DNA of 64,000 bases from Candidatus Magasanikbacteria bacterium RIFCSPHIGHO2_01_FULL_33_34 (GCA_001782825.1 MFPS01000008.1:137012-201011); one strand, 5' to 3'; shown: positions 9,749 to 18,750, numbered from the stretch's first letter. Made by a program: numbers and translations. The notes: generated from the sequence alone by a model not told the origin.

Positions 9749-10999
9749 ATGAAGCAATTTAACTTCAAAACAATTAATTTACCAAATACGCCAGGCATTT
9801 ATCTCTTTTATTATAACCAAGAGCTGATTTATGTTGGTAAAGCTACCTCTTTAAAAAGTCGAGTAAAAAGTTATTTTGCAAAGAATAAAAAAAATGTCCG
9901 TCCAATTGAACAAATGATTCATCAAGTAAATAATATTAAACACATCAAAACTGAATCAGTTTTGGAGGCAATATTATTGGAAGGGGAATACATAAAAAAT
10001 TTTAGGCCAAAGTATAATGTATTGTGGAAGGATGATAAAAGTTGGAATTATATTGTGATTACTAAAGATATTTTTCCAAAAGTTTTAACTTTGCGTCAAC
10101 ACGAGAGAAAAAATATTTCTAAAATTCAAGAAAAGAAGCAATATTGGCATATTTTTGGACCATATCCTGGACTTAAAACAAAGGAAGCAATGAAAATTTT
10201 GTCTAGGCTTTTTTATATTTCTCATTGTGAGCCCAAGGCAAAAAGACCTTGTCTTTATTATGAAATGGGACAGTGTTTGGGTGTTTGTAGTGGTGATATA
10301 GACAATGTTCAGTATAAAGATAAAGTAATCAAACCATTGATTATGTTTTTGCAGGGAAATAAAACTGGTTTAATTAAAAATCTGCAAAAAGAAATGAAGC
10401 TAAATTCTAGTTTAAATAATTTTGAAGAGGCTGGTAGAATTCGTGATCAAATAAAGGCTTTACAGAGAATCCAAGATATTAGTCTTATAAATAAATCATT
10501 TTTGGAAGAAAATATAAACAAGAAAAGAGAAATTAGAATTGAAGGTTATGATATTTCTAATTTGGGTAAAAATGATAAAGTGGGGAGTATGGTAGTATTT
10601 GATGCTGATGGTCCGATCAAGGCAGATTATAGAAAATTCAATATCAAATCAGTTGAAGGACAAAGTGATGTAGATTGTTTGGCAGAAGTTTTGGAGCGTC
10701 GTCTAGGTCATATTGAGTGGCCAATGCCTGATATTTTTCTTATAGATGGTGGTAAGCCACAAGTAAATAAAACTAAAACAATCTTAAAAAAATTAAATAT
10801 TGATATCCCAATAGTTGGTATTGCTAAAGGTCCTAAACGGGATAAAAATGAGTTTTTTGTGAATTATGATAATCAGTTATTTTTGAATTGGGTTGTTAGT
10901 AATAAAAATCTTTTGATACAGGTTAGAGACGAGGCGCATAGATTTGCTATTAATTTTAATCGGAGCAAAAGAAAAATAAAAAAAACAAAAAAGCATTAA
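9749..10999 (+). CDS. uvrC: Excinuclease ABC subunit C-like, short form lacking C-terminal HhH domain
   Basis: N-terminal GIY-YIG (GIYLFYY...YVGKA), UVR motif (EEAGRIRDQIKALQRI), RNase-H-like endonuclease segment (EGYDISN); only 416 aa. Confidence 0.8.
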   Translation: MKQFNFKTINLPNTPGIYLFYYNQELIYVGKATSLKSRVKSYFAKNKKNVRPIEQMIHQVNNIKHIKTESVLEAILLEGEYIKNFRPKYNVLWKDDKSWNYIVITKDIFPKVLTLRQHERKNISKIQEKKQYWHIFGPYPGLKTKEAMKILSRLFYISHCEPKAKRPCLYYEMGQCLGVCSGDIDNVQYKDKVIKPLIMFLQGNKTGLIKNLQKEMKLNSSLNNFEEAGRIRDQIKALQRIQDISLINKSFLEENINKKREIRIEGYDISNLGKNDKVGSMVVFDADGPIKADYRKFNIKSVEGQSDVDCLAEVLERRLGHIEWPMPDIFLIDGGKPQVNKTKTILKKLNIDIPIVGIAKGPKRDKNEFFVNYDNQLFLNWVVSNKNLLIQVRDEAHRFAINFNRSKRKIKKTKKH

Positions 11000-11013
11000 T
11001 AAATGCTTTTTTG
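10987..11013. terminator. Bidirectional rho-independent terminator hairpin (AAAAAGCATT-AATA-AATGCTTTTT) flanked by A-run and T-run
   Basis: Perfect 10-bp stem with 4-nt loop immediately after the uvrC stop; serves plus-strand uvrC and the minus-strand small ORF. Confidence 0.6.
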
Positions 11014-11034
11014 CTTGGAGGCTAGTATATAATC

Positions 11035-11124
11035 TTACTCACATACACAACCACAATCTGTGCAAGATTCGCATGTATTACATGCTAGTTCTGATGCTTC
11101 CATACCACATTGTGAACATTCCAT
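11035..11124 (-). CDS. Small ORF encoding a 29-aa cysteine-rich peptide MECSQCGMEASELACNTCESCTDCGCVCE (8 Cys)
   Basis: Manually translated from the minus strand; followed on the minus strand by the terminator hairpin at 10987-11013 and a T-run; candidate -35/-10 upstream (TTGTTT-18-TATACT); no clear Shine-Dalgarno. Confidence 0.4.
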   Translation of the reverse strand: MECSQCGMEASELACNTCESCTDCGCVCE

Positions 11125-11298
11125 AGTATTGAATTAAATTTAAATATTTAAACTAAATAAAGTATAGCAAAAGTTTATATAAATAAACAAGAGAATTGTA
11201 CTGTGGATATTTTTGTTATTTCTTTGGCTTTAATTTATTTGTTTTGGATATGTCTATGTGGTAATATATAACATATTAATGTTTTTAAAATAAGTATT

Positions 11299-11664
11299 AT
11301 GGCAAAGAAAATTCTTGTTGCAGAGGATGAAAAACCAATGGCTAGGGCTTTGGAATTAAAATTAAATAATTCTGGTTTTGAAACCACTGTGGTTCATGAT
11401 GGGGATCAAGCGATTAAAGCTCTTTTGAAAGAAAAGTATGATCTGCTTTTGCTTGATTTAATTATGCCTGTAAAAGATGGTTTTGTTGTTTTGGAAGAAA
11501 TAAAAAAAGAAAAAATTTCTGTCCCTGTAATTGTTTCTACCAATTTGAGTCAAGATGAAGATGCAAAAAAAGCAAAAGATTTGGGAGCGGTAGATTATTT
11601 TGTTAAGTCAGATACTTCAATAAGTAAAGTGGTGGAATATATAAAAAGAGTTGTTGGTGTATAA
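11299..11664 (+). CDS. Single-domain response regulator (CheY-like receiver)
   Basis: Receiver motifs: acidic pair EDE near N-terminus, phospho-acceptor D in LLLLDLIMP, conserved K; no output domain (121 aa). Confidence 0.85.
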   Translation: MAKKILVAEDEKPMARALELKLNNSGFETTVVHDGDQAIKALLKEKYDLLLLDLIMPVKDGFVVLEEIKKEKISVPVIVSTNLSQDEDAKKAKDLGAVDYFVKSDTSISKVVEYIKRVVGV

Positions 11665-11665
11665 T

Positions 11666-12034
11666 TTAACCAATCATTTCTTTTATTACTTCTATAATTG
11701 ATTGAAATCGTGTATTACTTTTTATAAAGTATTTGTTTACACCACTATCAATCGCTTCTTGTATATCTGATTTTTGACCTAGGTTTGATATTGCTATAAT
11801 GGGGGTATTTTTTGATTTTGGGTCTTGTCTTATTTCACGGGTTGCATCAAATCCATTTCCGTCTTTAAGCATAATATCCATTATGATTAAATCTGGCTTG
11901 TGTTCTTTGGTCAATTTGGCAGCTTCAGTTGCTATTGGTGTAGAAATTACTTTATATCCCGCTTCAGTCAAAAGATGATCATATAGTTTATATGAGAATT
12001 TGTCGTCTTCAACTACAAGAATTTTTTTTGGCAT
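11666..12034 (-). CDS. Single-domain response regulator (CheY-like receiver)
   Basis: VEDDKF, DLIIMDIMLKDGNGF, 122 aa, no output domain; immediately downstream of the histidine kinase on the same strand. Confidence 0.85.
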   Translation of the reverse strand: MPKKILVVEDDKFSYKLYDHLLTEAGYKVISTPIATEAAKLTKEHKPDLIIMDIMLKDGNGFDATREIRQDPKSKNTPIIAISNLGQKSDIQEAIDSGVNKYFIKSNTRFQSIIEVIKEMIG

Positions 12035-12035
12035 A

Positions 12036-13115
12036 TTAATTGTATGAATTTAGTTCTAAATAAAATGTGACAGTTTTGTTGGGTGTATTTTTGAACCAGA
12101 TTTTTCCATTGTTTAATATAGTTAATTCTCGACTAGTATATAGACCCAATCCAGTCCCTTCATTTTGCCTTTCTTCGGCTTCTTTTGTTCTAAAAAATTT
12201 AGCAAAAATTAATTTCTCTTTATCCTTAGGGATTTGTAGTCCTTTGTTTTGACATGAAAAAATAATATTTTTTCTATTTTTTTTAATATTTAGGACTACT
12301 TTTGTTTTTTGATCTCCATATCTGAGAGCATTTTCAATCAAATTTTGGATTATGGTATGCAAATGACTATCATCAGCTTTTACATACCATTCTTTTTTTA
12401 AGGTAGGGTTTAATTCTATAGTTATTCTTTGAGCTTTTGCAAAAAATTTTAAATCTTTTAATACATCATTTATTGTTTTGTTTAAAGAAATTTTTTGAAA
12501 ATCTGGTTTTATTTTTTTGTTTTCTAAACGAGAAATATTCAAGAGATTATTTATAAGCCTGTTCATAGATTGTAAGCTTTCATAGGCGTCAGATAAATAT
12601 TCTGTTTGTTTGACTGTCAGTGGGCCAGGTTTTTTGGTCAAAAGATATTCTGTGACCCATAAAAGATTTCCAATCGGACTGCGTAGATTGTGACTAGCAT
12701 TGTGGGCAAAGTCTTCATGATATTCTTCATGTTCTTTTGCTTTGGTTATATCGCGTATTATGATAATTGCGCCAATTATTTTGTTAGAGTCTTTTAGTGG
12801 AGAAGTAGTGATATTAGTCCATATTCTAGTTCCGTCTTGTTTAATGAATTGTCTTTTTTCGTCTTTTATACTTTTTTTGTATTTGATTGACCTATAAAAG
12901 GCGGCATTTTTTTTATCAATGACTTCTCCCATTTCTCCTATGGCACCTAAAAACACTAGACAGACTTGGCCTTCCATAGCATCTTTACTCTTGTAGCCTA
13001 GCATATCACATATGGCTTTATTGGTATTTTTTATAATTCCTTTTCTATCAACAATCATGATACCGTCCCCAATAGAATCAATCAGTATCTGTTGGTCTAT
13101 ATTTTTTTTTGTCAT
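12036..13115 (-). CDS. Cytoplasmic PAS-domain sensor histidine kinase
   Basis: N-terminal PAS-like region, H-box HNASHNLRSPIGNL, HATPase G-boxes (GTGLGLYTSRE); no transmembrane segment. Confidence 0.85.
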   Translation of the reverse strand: MTKKNIDQQILIDSIGDGIMIVDRKGIIKNTNKAICDMLGYKSKDAMEGQVCLVFLGAIGEMGEVIDKKNAAFYRSIKYKKSIKDEKRQFIKQDGTRIWTNITTSPLKDSNKIIGAIIIIRDITKAKEHEEYHEDFAHNASHNLRSPIGNLLWVTEYLLTKKPGPLTVKQTEYLSDAYESLQSMNRLINNLLNISRLENKKIKPDFQKISLNKTINDVLKDLKFFAKAQRITIELNPTLKKEWYVKADDSHLHTIIQNLIENALRYGDQKTKVVLNIKKNRKNIIFSCQNKGLQIPKDKEKLIFAKFFRTKEAEERQNEGTGLGLYTSRELTILNNGKIWFKNTPNKTVTFYLELNSYN

Positions 13116-13232
13116 AATTATAAATAAATATAATTTTATAATATTGTATATAATAACATGTTTTTAGCTTTAAAGTAAAGCTATTGTATGTTATTATACT
13201 ATAGGTTACATATAATGTTTATGTTATAAGGT

Positions 13233-14936
13233 ATGCAACAATTAGACAATAAGACAATTGGAGAAATTCTTTTGAAAGAAACCTATATTTCTAAAAAAGA
13301 TTTGGAAAATGCTCAAAAAGCATTAGAAAAAAGCCGTGGATCTTTGGTGGATTATCTTTTGGCAGAAGATATTATTAGCAAGGATTTGTTGGGTCAAGCT
13401 ATAGCTGAGTATTATAATGTAATGTATGTAGATTTGAAACAAGAAAAAATAGATATAGAAATTGCCAAGATGATTCCAGAGTTGGTTGCTATTTCAAAAC
13501 GGGTTATTCCTTATGCTAGAACAGAGGATGGTATCAAGGTGGGGATGCTCAATCCAAATGATTTTGAAGTACTCAATATGTTGGAAAAAGTATTGGGCGA
13601 TAATATATTGGTATTTTATGTAAATGATGAAGATATTGAGGATATACTTTCAATTTATGGACCAAGTTTTAAAGAAGCTTTTGATGAATTATATGAAAAA
13701 TTTTTGGATCCTAATATATTAATGGAAGAGAAGGATGAGATATCTGTAAAATTGGTTGATATATTTTTGGAGTATGGTTATAAAAATAGAGCATCTGATA
13801 TACATATGGAACCTTATTCAGATGGTGTGGTTGTAAGATTCCGTATAGATGGTGTACTTCATGATGTTTTGAAAATTCCCAATTCAAATGGAGAAGGTCT
13901 TTTTGGTTTCATAATGTCTCGTATAAAAATATTGGCTAAGATGGCAACAGATGAACACAAGGCTGCTCAAGATGGAAAATTGAGATACAAAGTTGGTAAG
14001 GAAGTGTTTGATGTACGTGTTTCAATTGTGCCGGTAGTACATGGTGAGAATATTGTTATGCGGTTGTTGTCAGCCAAGGGTAGACAATTTAGCCTTTCGG
14101 ATATCGGGGTCGCAGAAGCTGATTTGGATAAAATTAATCTAGCTATTAAAAATCCTCACGGTATGATTTTGGTAACGGGGCCTACTGGAAGTGGTAAAAC
14201 TACTACTTTATATTCTATTTTAAAAATTTTGAATAAAAGAAATGTGAATATTGCCACTATTGAGGATCCAGTTGAATATGATATGGAAGGGGTAAGTCAA
14301 ATACAAGTTAATAAAAAAACCGACTTAACTTTTGCCAAAGGATTAAGAGCATTAGTTCGTCAAGATCCAGATATTATTATGGTTGGTGAAATTCGTGATG
14401 AAGAAACGGCCAGTATAGCAGTTAATTCTGCATTAACGGGTCATTTGGTTTTGTCAACTCTTCATACAAATGATGCAGCTACGACTTTGCCTAGGCTTTT
14501 GGATATGGGCATTGAACCATTTTTAGTTGTTTCTACAGTTAATGTAGTGGTTGCTCAAAGATTGGTACGCAAAATATGTGCAAAGTGTAGAGTTTCTCAT
14601 AATATGAATACAGAAGAAAAAGCTTTGATTCAAGGTAATTTGAATATTAAGGAAATTTGTAATAAAAAAGGCTATACTGATTTGGATAAAATTAGATTAT
14701 ATCAAGGAAGTGGTTGTAAAATTTGTGGCAATACTGGTTATGAAGGACGTGTGGGTATTTTTGAAGTTTTGGATATGAATGAAGATATAAAAAATTTAAT
14801 TTTGAAGAGGGCTTCTACTGATGAAATTGTGAATGTGGCTCGAAAAGGTGGCATGAAATTGATGGTTGAAGATGGTATGGAAAAAGTCTTTAATGGCATA
14901 ACCACTATACAGGAAGTTTTAAGAGTTACAATATAA
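13233..14936 (+). CDS. pilB: Type IV pilus assembly ATPase (GspE/PilB family)
   Basis: Walker A VTGPTGSGKTTTLYS, Asp box, His box, C-terminal tetra-Cys zinc motif (CAKC...CKIC); 567 aa. Confidence 0.9.
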   Translation: MQQLDNKTIGEILLKETYISKKDLENAQKALEKSRGSLVDYLLAEDIISKDLLGQAIAEYYNVMYVDLKQEKIDIEIAKMIPELVAISKRVIPYARTEDGIKVGMLNPNDFEVLNMLEKVLGDNILVFYVNDEDIEDILSIYGPSFKEAFDELYEKFLDPNILMEEKDEISVKLVDIFLEYGYKNRASDIHMEPYSDGVVVRFRIDGVLHDVLKIPNSNGEGLFGFIMSRIKILAKMATDEHKAAQDGKLRYKVGKEVFDVRVSIVPVVHGENIVMRLLSAKGRQFSLSDIGVAEADLDKINLAIKNPHGMILVTGPTGSGKTTTLYSILKILNKRNVNIATIEDPVEYDMEGVSQIQVNKKTDLTFAKGLRALVRQDPDIIMVGEIRDEETASIAVNSALTGHLVLSTLHTNDAATTLPRLLDMGIEPFLVVSTVNVVVAQRLVRKICAKCRVSHNMNTEEKALIQGNLNIKEICNKKGYTDLDKIRLYQGSGCKICGNTGYEGRVGIFEVLDMNEDIKNLILKRASTDEIVNVARKGGMKLMVEDGMEKVFNGITTIQEVLRVTI

Positions 14937-14956
14937 ATTAATCTTAAATATACAAT

Positions 14957-16048
14957 ATGCCTAAAAATGGTGAAAAGAAAGGTTTGGGTAGTATAAGTTT
15001 TAGTTTTACGAGAATCAATCTTACAACTAAAGCAATTTTTGCAAAACATTTGGCAGTGATGCAAAAATCAGGTCTTACAATCGTAGAATCTTTGAGTATA
15101 ATAGCAGATTCCTCACAGGGTAAATTTAAAAGAATAGTCAAAGGAATTTTAAAATCTACCGAGGCTGGCAATACCTTATCGTCTTCTTTTGCAAGATATC
15201 CAAAAATTTTTCCTAGTATTTTTATAAGTTCAATATATGCTGGTGAATCTTCTGGTACGCTTGATCAAAATTTGGAAAATCTGGCCATACAGATGGAAAA
15301 AGAAAAAGAATTATCTTCAAAAATAAAAGGAGCAATGTTATATCCGTCAGTGGTATTAGTGGCCACTTTTATTTTGGGCATTGTATTATCATTTTTGGTT
15401 TTACCAAAAATAATCCCGTTATTTGAAGGTCTGAAAGTTGATTTACCATTTACAACCAGAGCTTTGATTTCTTTTTCTCATTTTATGGATGATAATGGTG
15501 GCAAAGCTTTTATTGGTTTGGTTGTTTTTTTGATTTTTTTTGTATGGTTAGTAAAACAAAAATTTATAAAACCAATTACACATTTGTTTTTTTTGAAAAT
15601 GCCAATTGTGAACCATATAACTCGCAATATAAATTTGGCTAGATTTACTCGTACATTGGGTATGCTTTTGAAAAGTGGTTTGAATATTGATGAAGCTTTG
15701 AAAGTGACTAAAGATACTTTGGGTAATTATTATTATCATAAGTCTTTGGAGGAAGTTAGTCAGCGGGTTGGTAAAGGTATAACTCTTTCAGAAAATTTGA
15801 AACATTATGAAGATTTGTATCCAAAAATGGTGAGTAGAATGATTTTGGTTGGAGAAGAATCGGGGAATTTGGAGGATACTTTGTTTTATTTAGCTGATTT
15901 TTATGAATTGGAGGTTGATAATGCGAGCAAAGCTTTGTCTACCACTATTGAACCGGTTTTACTTATTTTTATAGGATTGGCTGTAGGATTTTTGGCTTTG
16001 TCTATTATAACTCCGATATATAATATTACTGGAAATATACAGCGTTAA
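14957..16048 (+). CDS. pilC: Type IV pilus platform protein (GspF/PilC family)
   Basis: Two T2SS-F repeats (FAKHLAVMQKSGLTIVESL; FTRTLGMLLKSGLNIDEAL) and polytopic membrane segments. Confidence 0.85.
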   Translation: MPKNGEKKGLGSISFSFTRINLTTKAIFAKHLAVMQKSGLTIVESLSIIADSSQGKFKRIVKGILKSTEAGNTLSSSFARYPKIFPSIFISSIYAGESSGTLDQNLENLAIQMEKEKELSSKIKGAMLYPSVVLVATFILGIVLSFLVLPKIIPLFEGLKVDLPFTTRALISFSHFMDDNGGKAFIGLVVFLIFFVWLVKQKFIKPITHLFFLKMPIVNHITRNINLARFTRTLGMLLKSGLNIDEALKVTKDTLGNYYYHKSLEEVSQRVGKGITLSENLKHYEDLYPKMVSRMILVGEESGNLEDTLFYLADFYELEVDNASKALSTTIEPVLLIFIGLAVGFLALSIITPIYNITGNIQR

Positions 16049-16090
16049 TTTAATATTTTATTTATGAGTAGTTTTGTTCAGTAATAAAAA

Positions 16091-16624
16091 TTGACCTGTA
16101 TGAGTGATAAAAAAATAAAACAAAATAATAATATAAATAAGTTTAAGAAAAATAATACAGGTTTTACTATAATTGAGTTATTAATAGTACTTGGTATTAG
16201 TATTATATTGGCAACGGCTGCTGCACCGCTTTATGGTAGTTTACAAGTTTCAGCTCAGCTAAATGAAAATTCTTCTTTGATAATACAATCATTGCGTACA
16301 GCGAGAGAAAGAAGTATTGCTGGATACAATAATATTCAACATGGTGTTTTTTTTGATATCAATACTGGGGCAGTTGATAGTTATACATTGTATCAAGGGT
16401 CTAGTTATGTTGCTAGACAGACTGCTTATGATAGATTTATTACTTTGGATGAGCCTTTAAGTTTTTCGTCCAATGGTTTTATTATGATTGGGGAAGATGT
16501 GGATATAAATTTTTCAACAGGCATAGGTCGTCCAAATAATGCTGGAATAATAATACTTTCACATCAAGTATCTGGAAATAGGAGTATAGAAGTTAATTAT
16601 GCTGGAAAAATAGAAGAGAATTAA
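16091..16624 (+). CDS. Type IV prepilin-like protein (N-terminal cleavage/methylation motif)
   Basis: Class III signal: basic leader then G-FTIIELLIVLGISIILA with Glu at +5. Confidence 0.8.
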   Translation: MTCMSDKKIKQNNNINKFKKNNTGFTIIELLIVLGISIILATAAAPLYGSLQVSAQLNENSSLIIQSLRTARERSIAGYNNIQHGVFFDINTGAVDSYTLYQGSSYVARQTAYDRFITLDEPLSFSSNGFIMIGEDVDINFSTGIGRPNNAGIIILSHQVSGNRSIEVNYAGKIEEN

Positions 16625-16633
16625 ATAATAACT

Positions 16634-18733
16634 ATGTTAAATAAGCAGGGGCAATCAATTTTGGAAGTTATTTTAGCTATGGCTATTTTTTCATTGATTG
16701 CCGCGGCTATGGTTGTTATGGTTACTGGTAGTTTTACAGCTTTGAATCAAGGTGGAGAACATACAGAAGCTGAGGCATTAGCTCAAGAAGCAATTGAAGC
16801 AATCCGATCAATCAGAGATGGGGCTTGGAATGAATTAGTTTATACTACTAGCTCAATTTCAATCAGTGGAAATGAATGGATTTTTGATGGTGAAGGATTA
16901 ACTCAGACAATTGGTAAATATACTAGAACAATTTCTTTTGTAGATGTTTGTCGTGATGTGTCTGATAACATTACAGATTGTCCAGGCAGTTATACAGATG
17001 TGCAGACAAAAAAAGTGGTAGTTACAGTTACTTGGAATACTAGTCAAAATGTAGAAAATATTGTGCAACAAATAACTTATTTAACAAATTGGGATTCACA
17101 AGAATGGATACAGACTGATTGGTCTGGTGGAAGTGGTCAATCAATTTGGTCTGATATTACAATGTATGAAAGTGATGACGGAAATATTGATTATTCAACA
17201 TCTGGTGAAATAAAATTAGTTTCTTTGAGTGGTAATGGTTGTGGTACTAACACCTGGCCATTCACCACACCAGCAAATTACACCTACAACTCCAGTAATA
17301 TAGAAGTAACTGGTGGTTTAGCCTCTCTTTTGGATCAAGGTGGTGCAAGTTCTTGTTCAGGTACACCAACAACTTGTAACACATACGGAGATAGTGGTAC
17401 CTGTAGCGCGCAAGATGGTTGTTCTTGGAGTGCTGGTGGATCTGGCAGTACAACTAATTCTGGATTTAATTCAAATGCAAATGGTTGGACATATAGTGAT
17501 TGGAATCAAGGCGGTGGTGAAGTGGATGTGACTGGGAGTTATGTATCAACATCTGGCAATCCAGGCGGTTGGGTAAATGTAAATATTCCAATTGGTAAAG
17601 ATGATGAATTAGGTGGATATTGGACTCAATCTTTTGTAACTACTGAAAATAATCCAACTGCCACTGTTGATTTTGATTGGTTGATTTCAAATTATGGTGC
17701 TACACCAAATACCTTTCAGCTTTATGTATTCGTGGATAATGCTAGTGGTGCACCAACCATTGGTCAACAAGTTTGGTCATCAGGAGAAATTACCGCTACT
17801 CAAGGTTGGACATCACAAACCAATATTGATATAGCTTCAAAAGTACTAACTTCTGGTACATATTATCTTAAAATTGCTGTATGGGTGGAAACGCCAGGTT
17901 CAAATACCGGACCATTTACTATTGGTTATGATAATGTAGTTGTAAATTGGTCGGGTACAAGTTCTTGTTCAGGTACACCAACCGCTTGTAACACATACGG
18001 AGATAGTGGTACCTGTAGCGCGCAAGATGGTTGTTCTTGGAGTGCTGGTGTCAGTTATCCGACCAATGAACCATCAATTAATCCAACTACCTCATTTGCG
18101 CCAAGTAGTATAGATGCTTGGGGATCATTCACAGAAACAGCCACAAAAAATGGTGGAGAAATTTATTATCAACTTTCAGATGATGACGGTACAACTTGGT
18201 ATTTTTGGGATGGAGGAGGTTGGAGTACATCTGTTGGAGCAACAGATTACAATATATCTTCGGACATAAATACAAATATCTCTACATTTTCAACATCTAC
18301 CGGACAAATTATGTTTAAAGCATTTTTAGAAAGTGATGGTAGTCAGTTGGTGCAGTTGGATGAGATAAAATTATCATGGGGCGAGTCAACTGGTGGAGGC
18401 GGTGGTTATGAATCTAATGGTTATTTTTTATCATCGGCATTTGATACTGGTATTTTGTTATGCAAAGTTCAAGTAATAGAATGGGACGAAACACAACCAA
18501 GTGGATCTGATATACAAGTACAAATTAGGACAGCGCCTGATTCTAGTGGAAGTCCTGGTACTTGGAGTAATTGGTATGGTGCCACTGGTTCTGGTACATA
18601 TTTTACAAATCCATTTGGAAATTTGATTCCTTCTAGTTTAAATGATAATCAATGGATACAATATCGTGTAGAGTTGACTGGTGATTCTGTGGATACTCCA
18701 ATACTACAAGAAATAAGAATAAATTATAAATAA
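16634..18733 (+). CDS. Large (699 aa) pilin-like protein with a duplicated Cys-rich module; candidate minor pilin or pilus-tip adhesin
   Basis: N-terminus GQSILEVILAMAIFSLIAAAMVV resembles the prepilin cleavage motif with Glu at +5; large Ser/Thr/Gly/Trp-rich extracellular portion; two copies of SSCSGTPT(T/A)CNTYGDSGTCSAQDGCSWSAG. Confidence 0.65.
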   Translation: MLNKQGQSILEVILAMAIFSLIAAAMVVMVTGSFTALNQGGEHTEAEALAQEAIEAIRSIRDGAWNELVYTTSSISISGNEWIFDGEGLTQTIGKYTRTISFVDVCRDVSDNITDCPGSYTDVQTKKVVVTVTWNTSQNVENIVQQITYLTNWDSQEWIQTDWSGGSGQSIWSDITMYESDDGNIDYSTSGEIKLVSLSGNGCGTNTWPFTTPANYTYNSSNIEVTGGLASLLDQGGASSCSGTPTTCNTYGDSGTCSAQDGCSWSAGGSGSTTNSGFNSNANGWTYSDWNQGGGEVDVTGSYVSTSGNPGGWVNVNIPIGKDDELGGYWTQSFVTTENNPTATVDFDWLISNYGATPNTFQLYVFVDNASGAPTIGQQVWSSGEITATQGWTSQTNIDIASKVLTSGTYYLKIAVWVETPGSNTGPFTIGYDNVVVNWSGTSSCSGTPTACNTYGDSGTCSAQDGCSWSAGVSYPTNEPSINPTTSFAPSSIDAWGSFTETATKNGGEIYYQLSDDDGTTWYFWDGGGWSTSVGATDYNISSDINTNISTFSTSTGQIMFKAFLESDGSQLVQLDEIKLSWGESTGGGGGYESNGYFLSSAFDTGILLCKVQVIEWDETQPSGSDIQVQIRTAPDSSGSPGTWSNWYGATGSGTYFTNPFGNLIPSSLNDNQWIQYRVELTGDSVDTPILQEIRINYK
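17346..17438 (+). repeat. 93-bp direct repeat copy A (intragenic, encodes Cys-rich module)
   Basis: 91/93 nt identical to 17958-18050; copies 612 bp apart (in frame). Confidence 0.9.
17958..18050 (+). repeat. 93-bp direct repeat copy B (intragenic, encodes Cys-rich module)
   Basis: 91/93 nt identical to 17346-17438. Confidence 0.9.
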
Positions 18734-18750
18734 GCACAAACTAGATTTAT

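Noticed and set aside
17262-17531. Overlapping ORFs 17262-17453 (-) and 17340-17531 (+) in the pilin-like gene
   Set aside because: Alternative frames of the Cys-rich repeat region; the in-frame 699-aa product explains the sequence
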